In this document: positions 1-6,090 of the stretch, in pieces
Numbering within the stretch: the first letter of the stretch is position 1
How the letters are laid out: every line of letters begins with the position of its first letter
Source of the DNA: Candidatus Iainarchaeum sp.
GTDB lineage: Archaea; Iainarchaeota; Iainarchaeia; Iainarchaeales; 0-14-0-20-30-16
Assembly (NCBI GenBank): GCA_903916665.1
Contig: CAIWXP010000042.1
Coordinates: 1 to 18,058 of the forward strand
Direction of reading: 5' to 3'
DNA: 18,058 nucleotides
Notes under the pieces: model-generated
The model's database searches: none
Seen by the model: only the letters and a program-made list of their open reading frames with translations
What the model was told of the DNA's origin: nothing
Program-made: the position numbers and the translations under genes

Positions 1-90
1 AAAAGTAAAAAAAAGTAAAAAGAATTTATCACATCTTTGGCCTGTAAACAAAGTTGTAGCTAGTACAAAAGATTTAGATAAGGTGAAATT

Positions 91-702
91 ATGAGTAAAG
101 ATAATAAGCCAAAGGAAGAAGTAGTTGTTAAACAAGAAAAAAAAGAATCTAAAAGACCAGAACAAAAAGTTCATGAAAGAAAAACTATTGTTGCAAGAGA
201 AATTGTAAGAATTTTTGGTGTAGATTTGAATGGTAATTATAAAATTGATAGCGCATTGAGAAATATTAAAGGTATTGGTTATAGAACTGCAAACTATTTA
301 GCAAACGATTTTTATACTAAAGCAAAATTACCTAAAAACACATTGTTAGGTAATATTCCTAGTGACAAAGATGAAATTTTAACAGGAATAGTTGAGAAAA
401 TTAATGTTCCAGAATGGATGTCAAATAGAAAAAGAGATTTATATACTGGAGAAAGTACACATTTAACAGGTTCGGATTTAATTTTTGCAATTAGAGAAGA
501 TAAGCAAAGATTAAGTAGAATTAAAGCAAGACGTGGATTACGTTTATTGGCTGGTTTAAGAGTAAGAGGACAAAAAACAAAATCAAACTTCAGAAGAAAA
601 TTAGGAGTTGTTGGTGTAACAAAGAAATCAGCAATGCCGGGTAAAGCTGCACCAAAAACAGCAGCAACAAAAGCACCAGCAGCAAAAGCAGGAAAGAAAT
701 GA
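91..702 (+). CDS. rps13: 30S ribosomal protein uS13 (S13p/S18e)
   Basis: The 203-aa ORF has the core GVDLNGNYKIDSALRNIKGIGYRTANYLA, typical of the S13 family. GGTGA (82-86) lies 4 nt upstream of the ATG. It is the first gene of the canonical rps13-rps4-rps11-rpoD order. It carries a Lys/Glu-rich N-extension of about 35 aa and an Ala/Lys/Pro-rich C-tail. Confidence 0.95.
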   Translation: MSKDNKPKEEVVVKQEKKESKRPEQKVHERKTIVAREIVRIFGVDLNGNYKIDSALRNIKGIGYRTANYLANDFYTKAKLPKNTLLGNIPSDKDEILTGIVEKINVPEWMSNRKRDLYTGESTHLTGSDLIFAIREDKQRLSRIKARRGLRLLAGLRVRGQKTKSNFRRKLGVVGVTKKSAMPGKAAPKTAATKAPAAKAGKK

Positions 703-731
703 GATTGAATACTTAAAAAGGTGTGATATTT

Positions 732-1334
732 ATGGGAAATCCGAAAAGAATTAGAAAAAAATACGATGTGCCAAAAAGACCTTGGAATAAAACAAGAATA
801 ATGGGCGAAAAAGATCTATTAGAAAGATATGGATTAGCATCTAAGAAAGAATTAAGAGTAATGGATTCTGTAGTAAAAAAGAAAAAAGATGCAATTAAAA
901 AATTATTGGCAGAAAGTTCAGAAGCAGGTGCAAAAGGAAAAGCAAATATTATTAATTCATTAAATAGAATTGGTTTGCTTTCTGTTGATGCAAGTATTTC
1001 TGATGTTTTGGGTTTAGGAGTAACAGATATATTAGAAAGAAGATTACAAACTGTTGTTTATAGATTAGGTTTAGCAAAAACACCAAAACAAGCAAGACAA
1101 TTTATTTTACATAGATTTATTTCTGTTAACGGTAGAAGAGTAACCATACCAGGATATTTGGTTAGAAAAGAAGAAGAAAATACAATTGGTTATTTTGAAG
1201 GTAAAAAACCAAAAACTATGGAAGTAGAATTAAAAAAACCAGAACTACAAAAGAAAGATGAATTGAAAGCGGAAGCTAAAATTCAATTAGATGAAAAAAA
1301 AGAAGAGGAAGAAATTCCTAAGGAATTAAAATGA
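732..1334 (+). CDS. rps4: 30S ribosomal protein uS4 (S4p/S9e)
   Basis: The track ORF starts at GTG 723. ATG 732 is preferred because it follows GGTGTGAT plus 4 nt, and [19 protein letters not shown] matches archaeal S4 N-termini. The S4 RNA-binding domain [35 protein letters not shown] is present. There is a Lys/Glu-rich C-tail. Confidence 0.95.
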   Translation: MGNPKRIRKKYDVPKRPWNKTRIMGEKDLLERYGLASKKELRVMDSVVKKKKDAIKKLLAESSEAGAKGKANIINSLNRIGLLSVDASISDVLGLGVTDILERRLQTVVYRLGLAKTPKQARQFILHRFISVNGRRVTIPGYLVRKEEENTIGYFEGKKPKTMEVELKKPELQKKDELKAEAKIQLDEKKEEEEIPKELK

Positions 1335-1344
1335 GGTGCCTGAC

Positions 1345-1728
1345 ATGAAAGTAGCAATAGTTCATATTTATTCAACATATAATAATACTAAAATGTTAGC
1401 GACCGATATTACTGGTGCAGAAACATTGGCAAAATCATCTGGTGGTATGTTAACAAAAAGTCAACATAAAGAAGGATCACCCTATGTTGCTATGAAAATG
1501 GCAGAAGCTGTTTCAGCAATGTTAAAATCAAAAGGTTATGAAAGTATTATTGTAAAAGTAAGAGCTGCCGGAGGAATAAAATCTAAAAATCCAGGACAGG
1601 GAGCAGATGCAGCAATAACATCATTAACAAGAAGTGGAATGAACATTTTAGAAATTGAAAATGTAACTCCATTACCGCACGATGGTTGTAGACCAAAGAA
1701 AAAATTCTTATCAAAGAAAAAACAATAA
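1345..1728 (+). CDS. rps11: 30S ribosomal protein uS11 (S11p/S14e)
   Basis: IVHIYSTYNNTKMLATDITGAETLAKSSGGM and VRAAGG..GQGADAAITSL are S11 hallmarks. ATG 1345 is preferred over GTG 1336 because a GAGGTG SD overlaps the rps4 TGA stop with a 6-nt spacer. Confidence 0.95.
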   Translation: MKVAIVHIYSTYNNTKMLATDITGAETLAKSSGGMLTKSQHKEGSPYVAMKMAEAVSAMLKSKGYESIIVKVRAAGGIKSKNPGQGADAAITSLTRSGMNILEIENVTPLPHDGCRPKKKFLSKKKQ

Positions 1729-1750
1729 TTATATTTTGTTGGTGAAGATA

Positions 1751-2593
1751 ATGCAGGTTAAATTTTTAAAGAAAGATGGTTTTGATTACAAATTTGTAGT
1801 ACAAAATACTCGAAGCGATATTTTAAATGCAATGAGAAGAACAATAATGTTGCACGTTCCTGTATTGGGTATAAAGGAAGTATCTGTGTACAAAAATGAA
1901 AGTGTAATGCCAGATGAAATGTTAGCACATAGAATAGGTTTAGTACCTGTTTATTCTGATGATGTTGATGATAAGGAATATCATTTATATTTGAAAAAAA
2001 CATCAGGAATGGTTTATTCCGGAGATATTTCAGGAAGTTTAGATATACCATTAAAACATATTCCATTGGTTCAATTAAATAAAGATAAATCTTTAGAATT
2101 AGAATTATTAGTTCAAAGAGGAACTGGTGAAGAACATGTTAAATATTGCCCCGCAAGTGTTTTCTTTTATAATACTGCAAATGTAAAACAAAATTCTGAT
2201 GTTGTAAATATTGAAAATATTTGTCCAGGAAATTGTTTAGAAAAAAAAGCAAATAAAATAGTTATGAAAGATCCTTATAGTTGTGATATCTGTAGATATT
2301 GTGAAACAAAAACAAATAAAGCATTGGAATTGGTTTTTAATACAACTGAATTTGTTTTTTCTATTGAACCTTTTGGTAATTTAGATTTAGATGTTATGAT
2401 TTCATATATAGTAGATTTTTTAAATAAAGATTTAGAAGAATTAAAACAACAATTAGAAGGAAAATCTATTGAAGAAAAAGTAATTAAAATTAAAAAAAAT
2501 AAAGTAGAAATAACAATTGAAAAAACAGAAGAGAAACCAAAAGAAGAAAAAGCAAAAAAGGTTAAAAAAATAAAATCAGAAGAAACAGAGTAA
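1751..2593 (+). CDS. rpoD: DNA-directed RNA polymerase subunit D (Rpo3)
   Basis: The track ORF (1682) overlaps rps11; ATG 1751, preceded by GGTGA plus 5 nt, is the likely start. DILNAMRRTIMLHVPVLGI...PDEMLAHRIGLVP matches the Rpo3/alpha-like dimerisation domain. A Cys-rich insert reads CPASV...CPGNC...CDICRYC. There is a Lys/Glu C-tail of about 45 aa. Confidence 0.92.
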   Translation: MQVKFLKKDGFDYKFVVQNTRSDILNAMRRTIMLHVPVLGIKEVSVYKNESVMPDEMLAHRIGLVPVYSDDVDDKEYHLYLKKTSGMVYSGDISGSLDIPLKHIPLVQLNKDKSLELELLVQRGTGEEHVKYCPASVFFYNTANVKQNSDVVNIENICPGNCLEKKANKIVMKDPYSCDICRYCETKTNKALELVFNTTEFVFSIEPFGNLDLDVMISYIVDFLNKDLEELKQQLEGKSIEEKVIKIKKNKVEITIEKTEEKPKEEKAKKVKKIKSEETE

Positions 2594-2606
2594 ATATTTA
2601 CAAAAA

Positions 2607-2625
2607 ATCTTTTCTGAGAAAAGAT
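2607..2625 (+). terminator. Hairpin ATCTTTTC-TGA-GAAAAGAT followed by AATTTT, 14 nt after the rpoD stop
   Basis: A perfect 8-bp stem with a 3-nt loop, read directly from the sequence. The terminator or 3'-end function is inferred from position and the trailing T-run. Confidence 0.35.
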
Positions 2626-2666
2626 AATTTTGGAAGCCGTATTAAAGATTTTTTTAAAATCTTATG

Positions 2667-2749
2667 GCAGGGGTTCCAGAGTGGTCAAATGGGCAGGGCT
2701 TAAGACCCTGTGGCGCAGGCCTTCGAGAGTTCGAGCCTCTCCCCCTGCA
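2667..2749 (+). tRNA. tRNA-Leu (anticodon UAA), 83 nt, CCA not encoded
   Basis: Hand fold. Acceptor stem is GCAGGGG/CCCCTGC (2667-2673 / 2742-2748). The D stem is 3 bp (CCA/TGG) with a GG-containing loop. The anticodon stem is CAGGG/CCCTG with loop CT-TAA-GA (anticodon at 2701-2703). The long variable arm is GGC-GCAG-GCC. The T arm is GAGAG-TTCGAGC-CTCTC and the discriminator is A2749. Confidence 0.93.
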
Positions 2750-2858
2750 CTAAAACGGCTTTTGTAAAAGAGAGTTTTTAGTGAACTTAAAGCAAACTGA
2801 GTTTGCGAATGGCATTCAAATGACCCCCACATGTATGTTAAGTTGCTGTAAAAACAGC

Positions 2859-2875
2859 AATTGCAATATGCAAAT
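2859..2875. promoter_or_regulatory. Palindrome AATTGCA-ATA-TGCAAAT (member of a recurring motif)
   Basis: It is 15/17 identical to 17347-17363 (AATTGCA-TTA-TGCAATT). It lies just upstream of the AT-rich TATA-like tract 2879-2905 and 101 nt upstream of the rpl18e ATG. Confidence 0.4.
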
Positions 2876-2967
2876 GGGTTTTTATATTAATATATAAAAT
2901 AAATATGAGTTTTGGGATAGACTGAAGACCTTTTGTATAAAAGGGATCTAGATATTGAGGGATAGAA

Positions 2968-3333
2968 ATGAAACATGTGTTATTAGATAATGCAAAGAAA
3001 GAATTAATGATAAAATTAAAGAAAGCTGCAAAAACTGAAAAGAAAAATTATTTGGCAGCAGTAGCTGACGCAATGGATGTTAGTGTAAAGAATTTTACAA
3101 GTGTAAATGTTTATAAATTAAATAAATTAGTTGAAAAGAATAAGGACAAAATATTTATTGTTCCTGGTGTAGTATTAGCATTTGGAAAAATAGAAAAGAA
3201 AGTAAATGTTTATGCCTATAGATTTTCAAAAGAAGCAATTGTAAAAATACATGATGCAAAAGGTAGTGCAAAAACATTGGATGAATTAATAAAAGATAAG
3301 GTTGATGGAAAAAACGTAATTTTCGTAAAATAA
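2968..3333 (+). CDS. rpl18e: 50S ribosomal protein eL18 (L18e)
   Basis: The ORF is 121 aa. The pattern NVYKLNKL...IFIVPGVVLAFGKIEKKVNVYAYRFSKEAIVKIHDAKG fits the L18e family. The position after rpoD is canonical. GAGGGAT plus 4 nt precedes the ATG. Confidence 0.88.
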   Translation: MKHVLLDNAKKELMIKLKKAAKTEKKNYLAAVADAMDVSVKNFTSVNVYKLNKLVEKNKDKIFIVPGVVLAFGKIEKKVNVYAYRFSKEAIVKIHDAKGSAKTLDELIKDKVDGKNVIFVK

Positions 3334-3355
3334 TGTTTGGTGATATTTATGGCTA

Positions 3356-3387
3356 GTTTAAAATTCTTCTAAAAAAGAATTTTTAAC
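3356..3387 (+). promoter_or_regulatory. Hairpin GTTtAAAATTCTT-CTAAAA-AAGAATTTTtAAC between rpl18e and rpl13
   Basis: A 9 bp perfect stem extends to 12 bp with one T/T mismatch. It overlaps the 3' end of a 7-codon mini-ORF (3349-3372). The structure is seen directly; its function is unknown. Confidence 0.4.
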
Positions 3388-3414
3388 AGGTTCATAAACA
3401 AATGAGGGATATTT

Positions 3415-3915
3415 ATGGTTGATAAAAAGATAAATTCAAAATTAGAAAATAAAAAACCAGTAAAAAAAGTAATTAAACAACAGGTTAAACCAGTAAATGC
3501 AGAAGCAGAAAATTATGATGCTACAGATTTAGTAATGGGTAGACTTTCAAGTTTTATTGCACAAAAATTATTAACTGGACAAAAGGTAAATATTTACAAT
3601 GCTGAAAAAGCAATTATTACTGGTGATCCAAAAGCAATTGTTGAAGATTATTTAAAAAGATTTCAATATAGAGCAAAAGGTAATCCAGAGAAAGGACCAA
3701 AATATCCTAAGTTACCTCATTTATTATTAAAAAAGACAATAATAAAAATGATGCCTCCAACAGCAAGAGGAGTAAATGCATCAAAGAAATTAATGATCTA
3801 CATAGGCAATGATGAACACAAAAAATTATTGTCTGTTGAAACTGCAAAAATAAAACAAGGATTAAAATATATTGAATTATCTGATTTATGTAAAAAATTA
3901 GGTGCTAAATGGTGA
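3415..3915 (+). CDS. rpl13: 50S ribosomal protein uL13
   Basis: DATDLVMGRLSSFIAQKLLTGQKVNIYNAEKAIITG is the L13 signature region. GAGGGAT plus 4 nt precedes the ATG. There is a Lys-rich N-extension of about 30 aa. Confidence 0.93.
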   Translation: MVDKKINSKLENKKPVKKVIKQQVKPVNAEAENYDATDLVMGRLSSFIAQKLLTGQKVNIYNAEKAIITGDPKAIVEDYLKRFQYRAKGNPEKGPKYPKLPHLLLKKTIIKMMPPTARGVNASKKLMIYIGNDEHKKLLSVETAKIKQGLKYIELSDLCKKLGAKW

Positions 3916-3920
3916 TATTG

Positions 3921-4559
3921 ATGGAAAGAAAAAGTTTTGGAAGTAGTACTGGCGGTTATGGAAGCGGTAGTGGAAGTAGCTCTGGTAATAGAGGATTTGG
4001 TGGTGGAAGAAGATTTGGTGGTAAAAGAGATTATACTGCAGAATACGCTGATATGAAAGATGAAAAGCCAAAGGAAGTTAAACCAAAGGAAAAAATAAAA
4101 GTAATGCCAAAATCTTTATCAAAACCAGCAGTTATAAAATCAAAGGCTGGAAAAGTTATACATGTTACAAGTAAAAGAAAAAGAGCAATTGCAAGAGCAA
4201 GTATTAAAGCAGGAAAAGGAAGAATTGTAATTAATAAAATACCCTATAAAAATATTCAAAACAAATATATTTTAGATTTGGTTCAAGAACCAATTGTAAT
4301 TATTGAAGAACACAATAAAGATTTACCTCATAAAGTAGATATTGATGTTGTTGTGAAAGGTGGTGGAACATTGGGTCAAATGTTTGCAGTTAGAAACGCA
4401 ATTGCAAAAGCATTTGTTCAATATTCTGATGATTTAGAATTAACACAAAAATTATTGGATTATAATAGAGCATTTTTAGTAGATGATGCAAGAAGAGTTG
4501 AAGCTAAGAAACCTTTGGGTAGAAAAGCAAGAGCAAAGAAACAACACTCTAAGAGATAA
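3921..4559 (+). CDS. rps9: 30S ribosomal protein uS9 with an N-terminal Gly/Ser/Arg-rich extension of about 80 aa
   Basis: The core TSKRKRAIARASIKAGKGRIVINK and the C-terminus DARRVEAKKPLGRKARAKKQHSKR are S9 hallmarks. ATG 3921 follows GGTGAT plus 4 nt, and this SD contains the rpl13 TGA stop. The track start 3909 is less likely. The internal ATG 4104 has no SD. Confidence 0.92.
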   Translation: MERKSFGSSTGGYGSGSGSSSGNRGFGGGRRFGGKRDYTAEYADMKDEKPKEVKPKEKIKVMPKSLSKPAVIKSKAGKVIHVTSKRKRAIARASIKAGKGRIVINKIPYKNIQNKYILDLVQEPIVIIEEHNKDLPHKVDIDVVVKGGGTLGQMFAVRNAIAKAFVQYSDDLELTQKLLDYNRAFLVDDARRVEAKKPLGRKARAKKQHSKR

Positions 4560-4587
4560 AATTATTTTATATTGGGAGATGGGAAAA

Positions 4588-4782
4588 ATGTTAATGCCTG
4601 TAAGATGTTTCAGTTGTGGATTTCCTGTAGCAGAATATTCTGAAGAATATAAAGATTTATTAGCAAAAGGAAAGAGTTCAAAGGAAGCTATGGACTCTTT
4701 GCAAATAAAAAAATATTGTTGTAGAAGAATGTTATTATCAAATTCAGAATATATTGGAGAATTATTAAAATTCCAAAAGTGA
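4588..4782 (+). CDS. rpoN: DNA-directed RNA polymerase subunit N (Rpo10)
   Basis: MLMPVRCFSCG...YCCRRMLLS matches the RpoN zinc-binding N-terminus and the CC motif. The track ORF (4483) runs through the rps9 3' end. ATG 4588 lies 9 nt after GGGAG. Confidence 0.9.
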   Translation: MLMPVRCFSCGFPVAEYSEEYKDLLAKGKSSKEAMDSLQIKKYCCRRMLLSNSEYIGELLKFQK

Positions 4783-4797
4783 GCTTAAAGTGATTTT

Positions 4798-5988
4798 ATG
4801 CAGAATGTTCAATTGTTAAAATTTTATGATTCAAGAGGTTGCCCAACAATTTGTGCATACTTGAAATATGAAAATGAAATAATTAAAGCAATTGCACCTG
4901 CAGGAAAAAGTACAGGATCACACGAAGTAATTTCCTATCCTTTAGATAAAGGAAAACCAAATATTGATTTGAGTTTTAAATTTTTTAAAGAAAATAGAAA
5001 AACAATAGAACAAGGATTTGATTTTGACAATCAAGAAGAATTTGATTCTTTATTAGAAGAATTAGATGAATCTCCAAACTTTCAAGAGATTGGAGGTAAT
5101 TTAACAATTGCATTATCAATGTTGTTTTTGAAATTTAAAGCAAAACAAAATGGATTAGAAGTATTTGAATATTTAAATCCTAAAGCAAAGATAAAAGATC
5201 TGCCAAAACCATTGGGAAATAGTTTTGGGGGCGGGGTACATTCAAATAATAAAATACCTGTTCAAGAATTTTTAATAACTAATAATAAAAAATTAGTAAG
5301 TGAAAATATTAAATTAAATATTGAAGTTTATAAAAAAATAGAAGAACAGTTAAAAAATAAAAAAATATTTTTTGGTAAAAATGATGAAGGTGCAATAACC
5401 GCAGATATTAATTTTAATGATGCAATTGGTTTTGTAGAAAAAGCAATTGATATTGTTGGTGAAAAATCTAAATATGGTTTAGATGTTGCTGCCAGTGAAT
5501 TTTATAAAAATAAAAAATATGAATTTGAAAAAAATAAATATAGTGAAACTGAATTTGTTTCATTTTGGGATAGTTTCTTAAAAAAACATAAAAATGTAAT
5601 GTATGTTGAAGATCCTTTCTTTGAGGATTCTTTTGATGCGTTTGCATCTTTACAAAAGAAAACAAAAGCATTAATTTGTGGAGATGATTTATATACCACA
5701 AATAAAGAACGATTACAAGAAGGAATCAAAAAGAAATCATCAAAAGCAATTTTGATTAAACCTAATCAAATTGGTACATTATCTAGAATGTATGATACAG
5801 TAAATTTAGCACACAAAAATAATATTGATTGTGTTATATCGCATAGATCTGGAGAAAGTTGTGATACTACTATCGCACACTTGGCAGTAGGATTAAAAGG
5901 AATAAATTATATTAAAACTGGAACAGTTTCTGGTGAAAGATTAGCAAAGTTAAATGAGTTAATATTAATAGAAAGTTTACTTAAGTAA
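4798..5988 (+). CDS. eno: Enolase (divergent, 396 aa)
   Basis: Enolase motifs are present: YDSRGCPT, AGKSTGSHEV, QEF, NDEGA, LDVAASEF, VEDPF, CGDDL, LIKPNQIGT, SHRSGES, IKTG and ERLAKLNELILIE. The position between rpoN and rps2 is canonical. GTGAT plus 3 nt precedes the ATG. Confidence 0.9.
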   Translation: MQNVQLLKFYDSRGCPTICAYLKYENEIIKAIAPAGKSTGSHEVISYPLDKGKPNIDLSFKFFKENRKTIEQGFDFDNQEEFDSLLEELDESPNFQEIGGNLTIALSMLFLKFKAKQNGLEVFEYLNPKAKIKDLPKPLGNSFGGGVHSNNKIPVQEFLITNNKKLVSENIKLNIEVYKKIEEQLKNKKIFFGKNDEGAITADINFNDAIGFVEKAIDIVGEKSKYGLDVAASEFYKNKKYEFEKNKYSETEFVSFWDSFLKKHKNVMYVEDPFFEDSFDAFASLQKKTKALICGDDLYTTNKERLQEGIKKKSSKAILIKPNQIGTLSRMYDTVNLAHKNNIDCVISHRSGESCDTTIAHLAVGLKGINYIKTGTVSGERLAKLNELILIESLLK

Positions 5989-5995
5989 ACTTATA

Positions 5996-6031
5996 TCTTG
6001 AAAGTTCTTGCCTATGCAAGCCATTTCAAGA
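5996..6031 (+). terminator. Two-tier hairpin TCTTGAAA-gtt-CTTGC-ctat-GCAAG-cca-TTTCAAGA after eno
   Basis: An 8-bp outer stem, a symmetric 3x3 internal loop, a 5-bp inner stem and a 4-nt loop, starting 8 nt after the eno stop. Function is inferred. Confidence 0.35.
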
Positions 6032-6090
6032 AAAAATTTAATAAAATAAAATAAAGTTAATGAGGAAAAATTATATTTGAAGGTGAAGTT

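Noticed and set aside
1-20. A tandem 10-mer, AAAAGTAAAA AAAAGTAAAA, at the window edge. It could be the Lys-rich C-terminus (KSKKK-stop, TAA at 16-18) of an upstream gene.
   Set aside because: It is truncated by the window edge, and two copies of an A-rich 10-mer are not informative. No gene can be called from 18 nt.
1682-1750. 5' extensions of the track ORFs, such as rpoD from 1682 and rpoN from 4483, which overlap the upstream genes.
   Set aside because: The extensions have no homology to RpoD or RpoN N-termini and overlap conserved 3' ends of rps11 and rps9. Internal ATGs with properly spaced SDs (1751, 4588) give canonical N-termini.
1758-2066. Minus-strand ORF of 102 aa, together with the other minus-strand track ORFs at 5468-5701, 5502-5729, 10340-10522, 10488-10724, 14234-14467, 15335-15619, 15582-15782 and 17670-17963.
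   Set aside because: Every one lies fully antisense to a plus-strand gene with strong family motifs. Their translations are low-complexity (Phe/Leu/Ile/Asn-rich), as expected for the antisense strand of AT-rich coding DNA. None has an SD-like GGTGA upstream.
2645-2663. The palindrome AAGATTTTTTTAAAATCTT as the TATA box of the tRNA promoter.
   Set aside because: Its centre is only about 13 nt from tRNA position 1, too close for the usual -26 spacing. TATTAAAG at 2640-2647 is a better but still unverified candidate, so no promoter feature was called.
2810-2830. The TTCAAAT heptamer followed by CCCCCA as a T-arm/acceptor of a split or half tRNA.
   Set aside because: The flanking 5-mers (TGGCA / GACCC) do not pair, and no acceptor complement or anticodon arm could be drawn.
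2903-2925. A possible C/D box sRNA, with ATATGAG as a C-like box and CTGA 12 nt downstream.
   Set aside because: The C-like box deviates from RUGAUGA. No C'/D second half or terminal stem could be found, so the match is too weak.
6060-6080. The mini-ORF ATG AGG AAA AAT TAT ATT TGA upstream of rps2, and other 4-11 codon ORFs in the spacers (for example 2810-2824 and 16477-16512).
   Set aside because: None has an SD-like element at the organism-typical spacing, unlike the 3349-3372 mini-ORF. Such ORFs are expected by chance.
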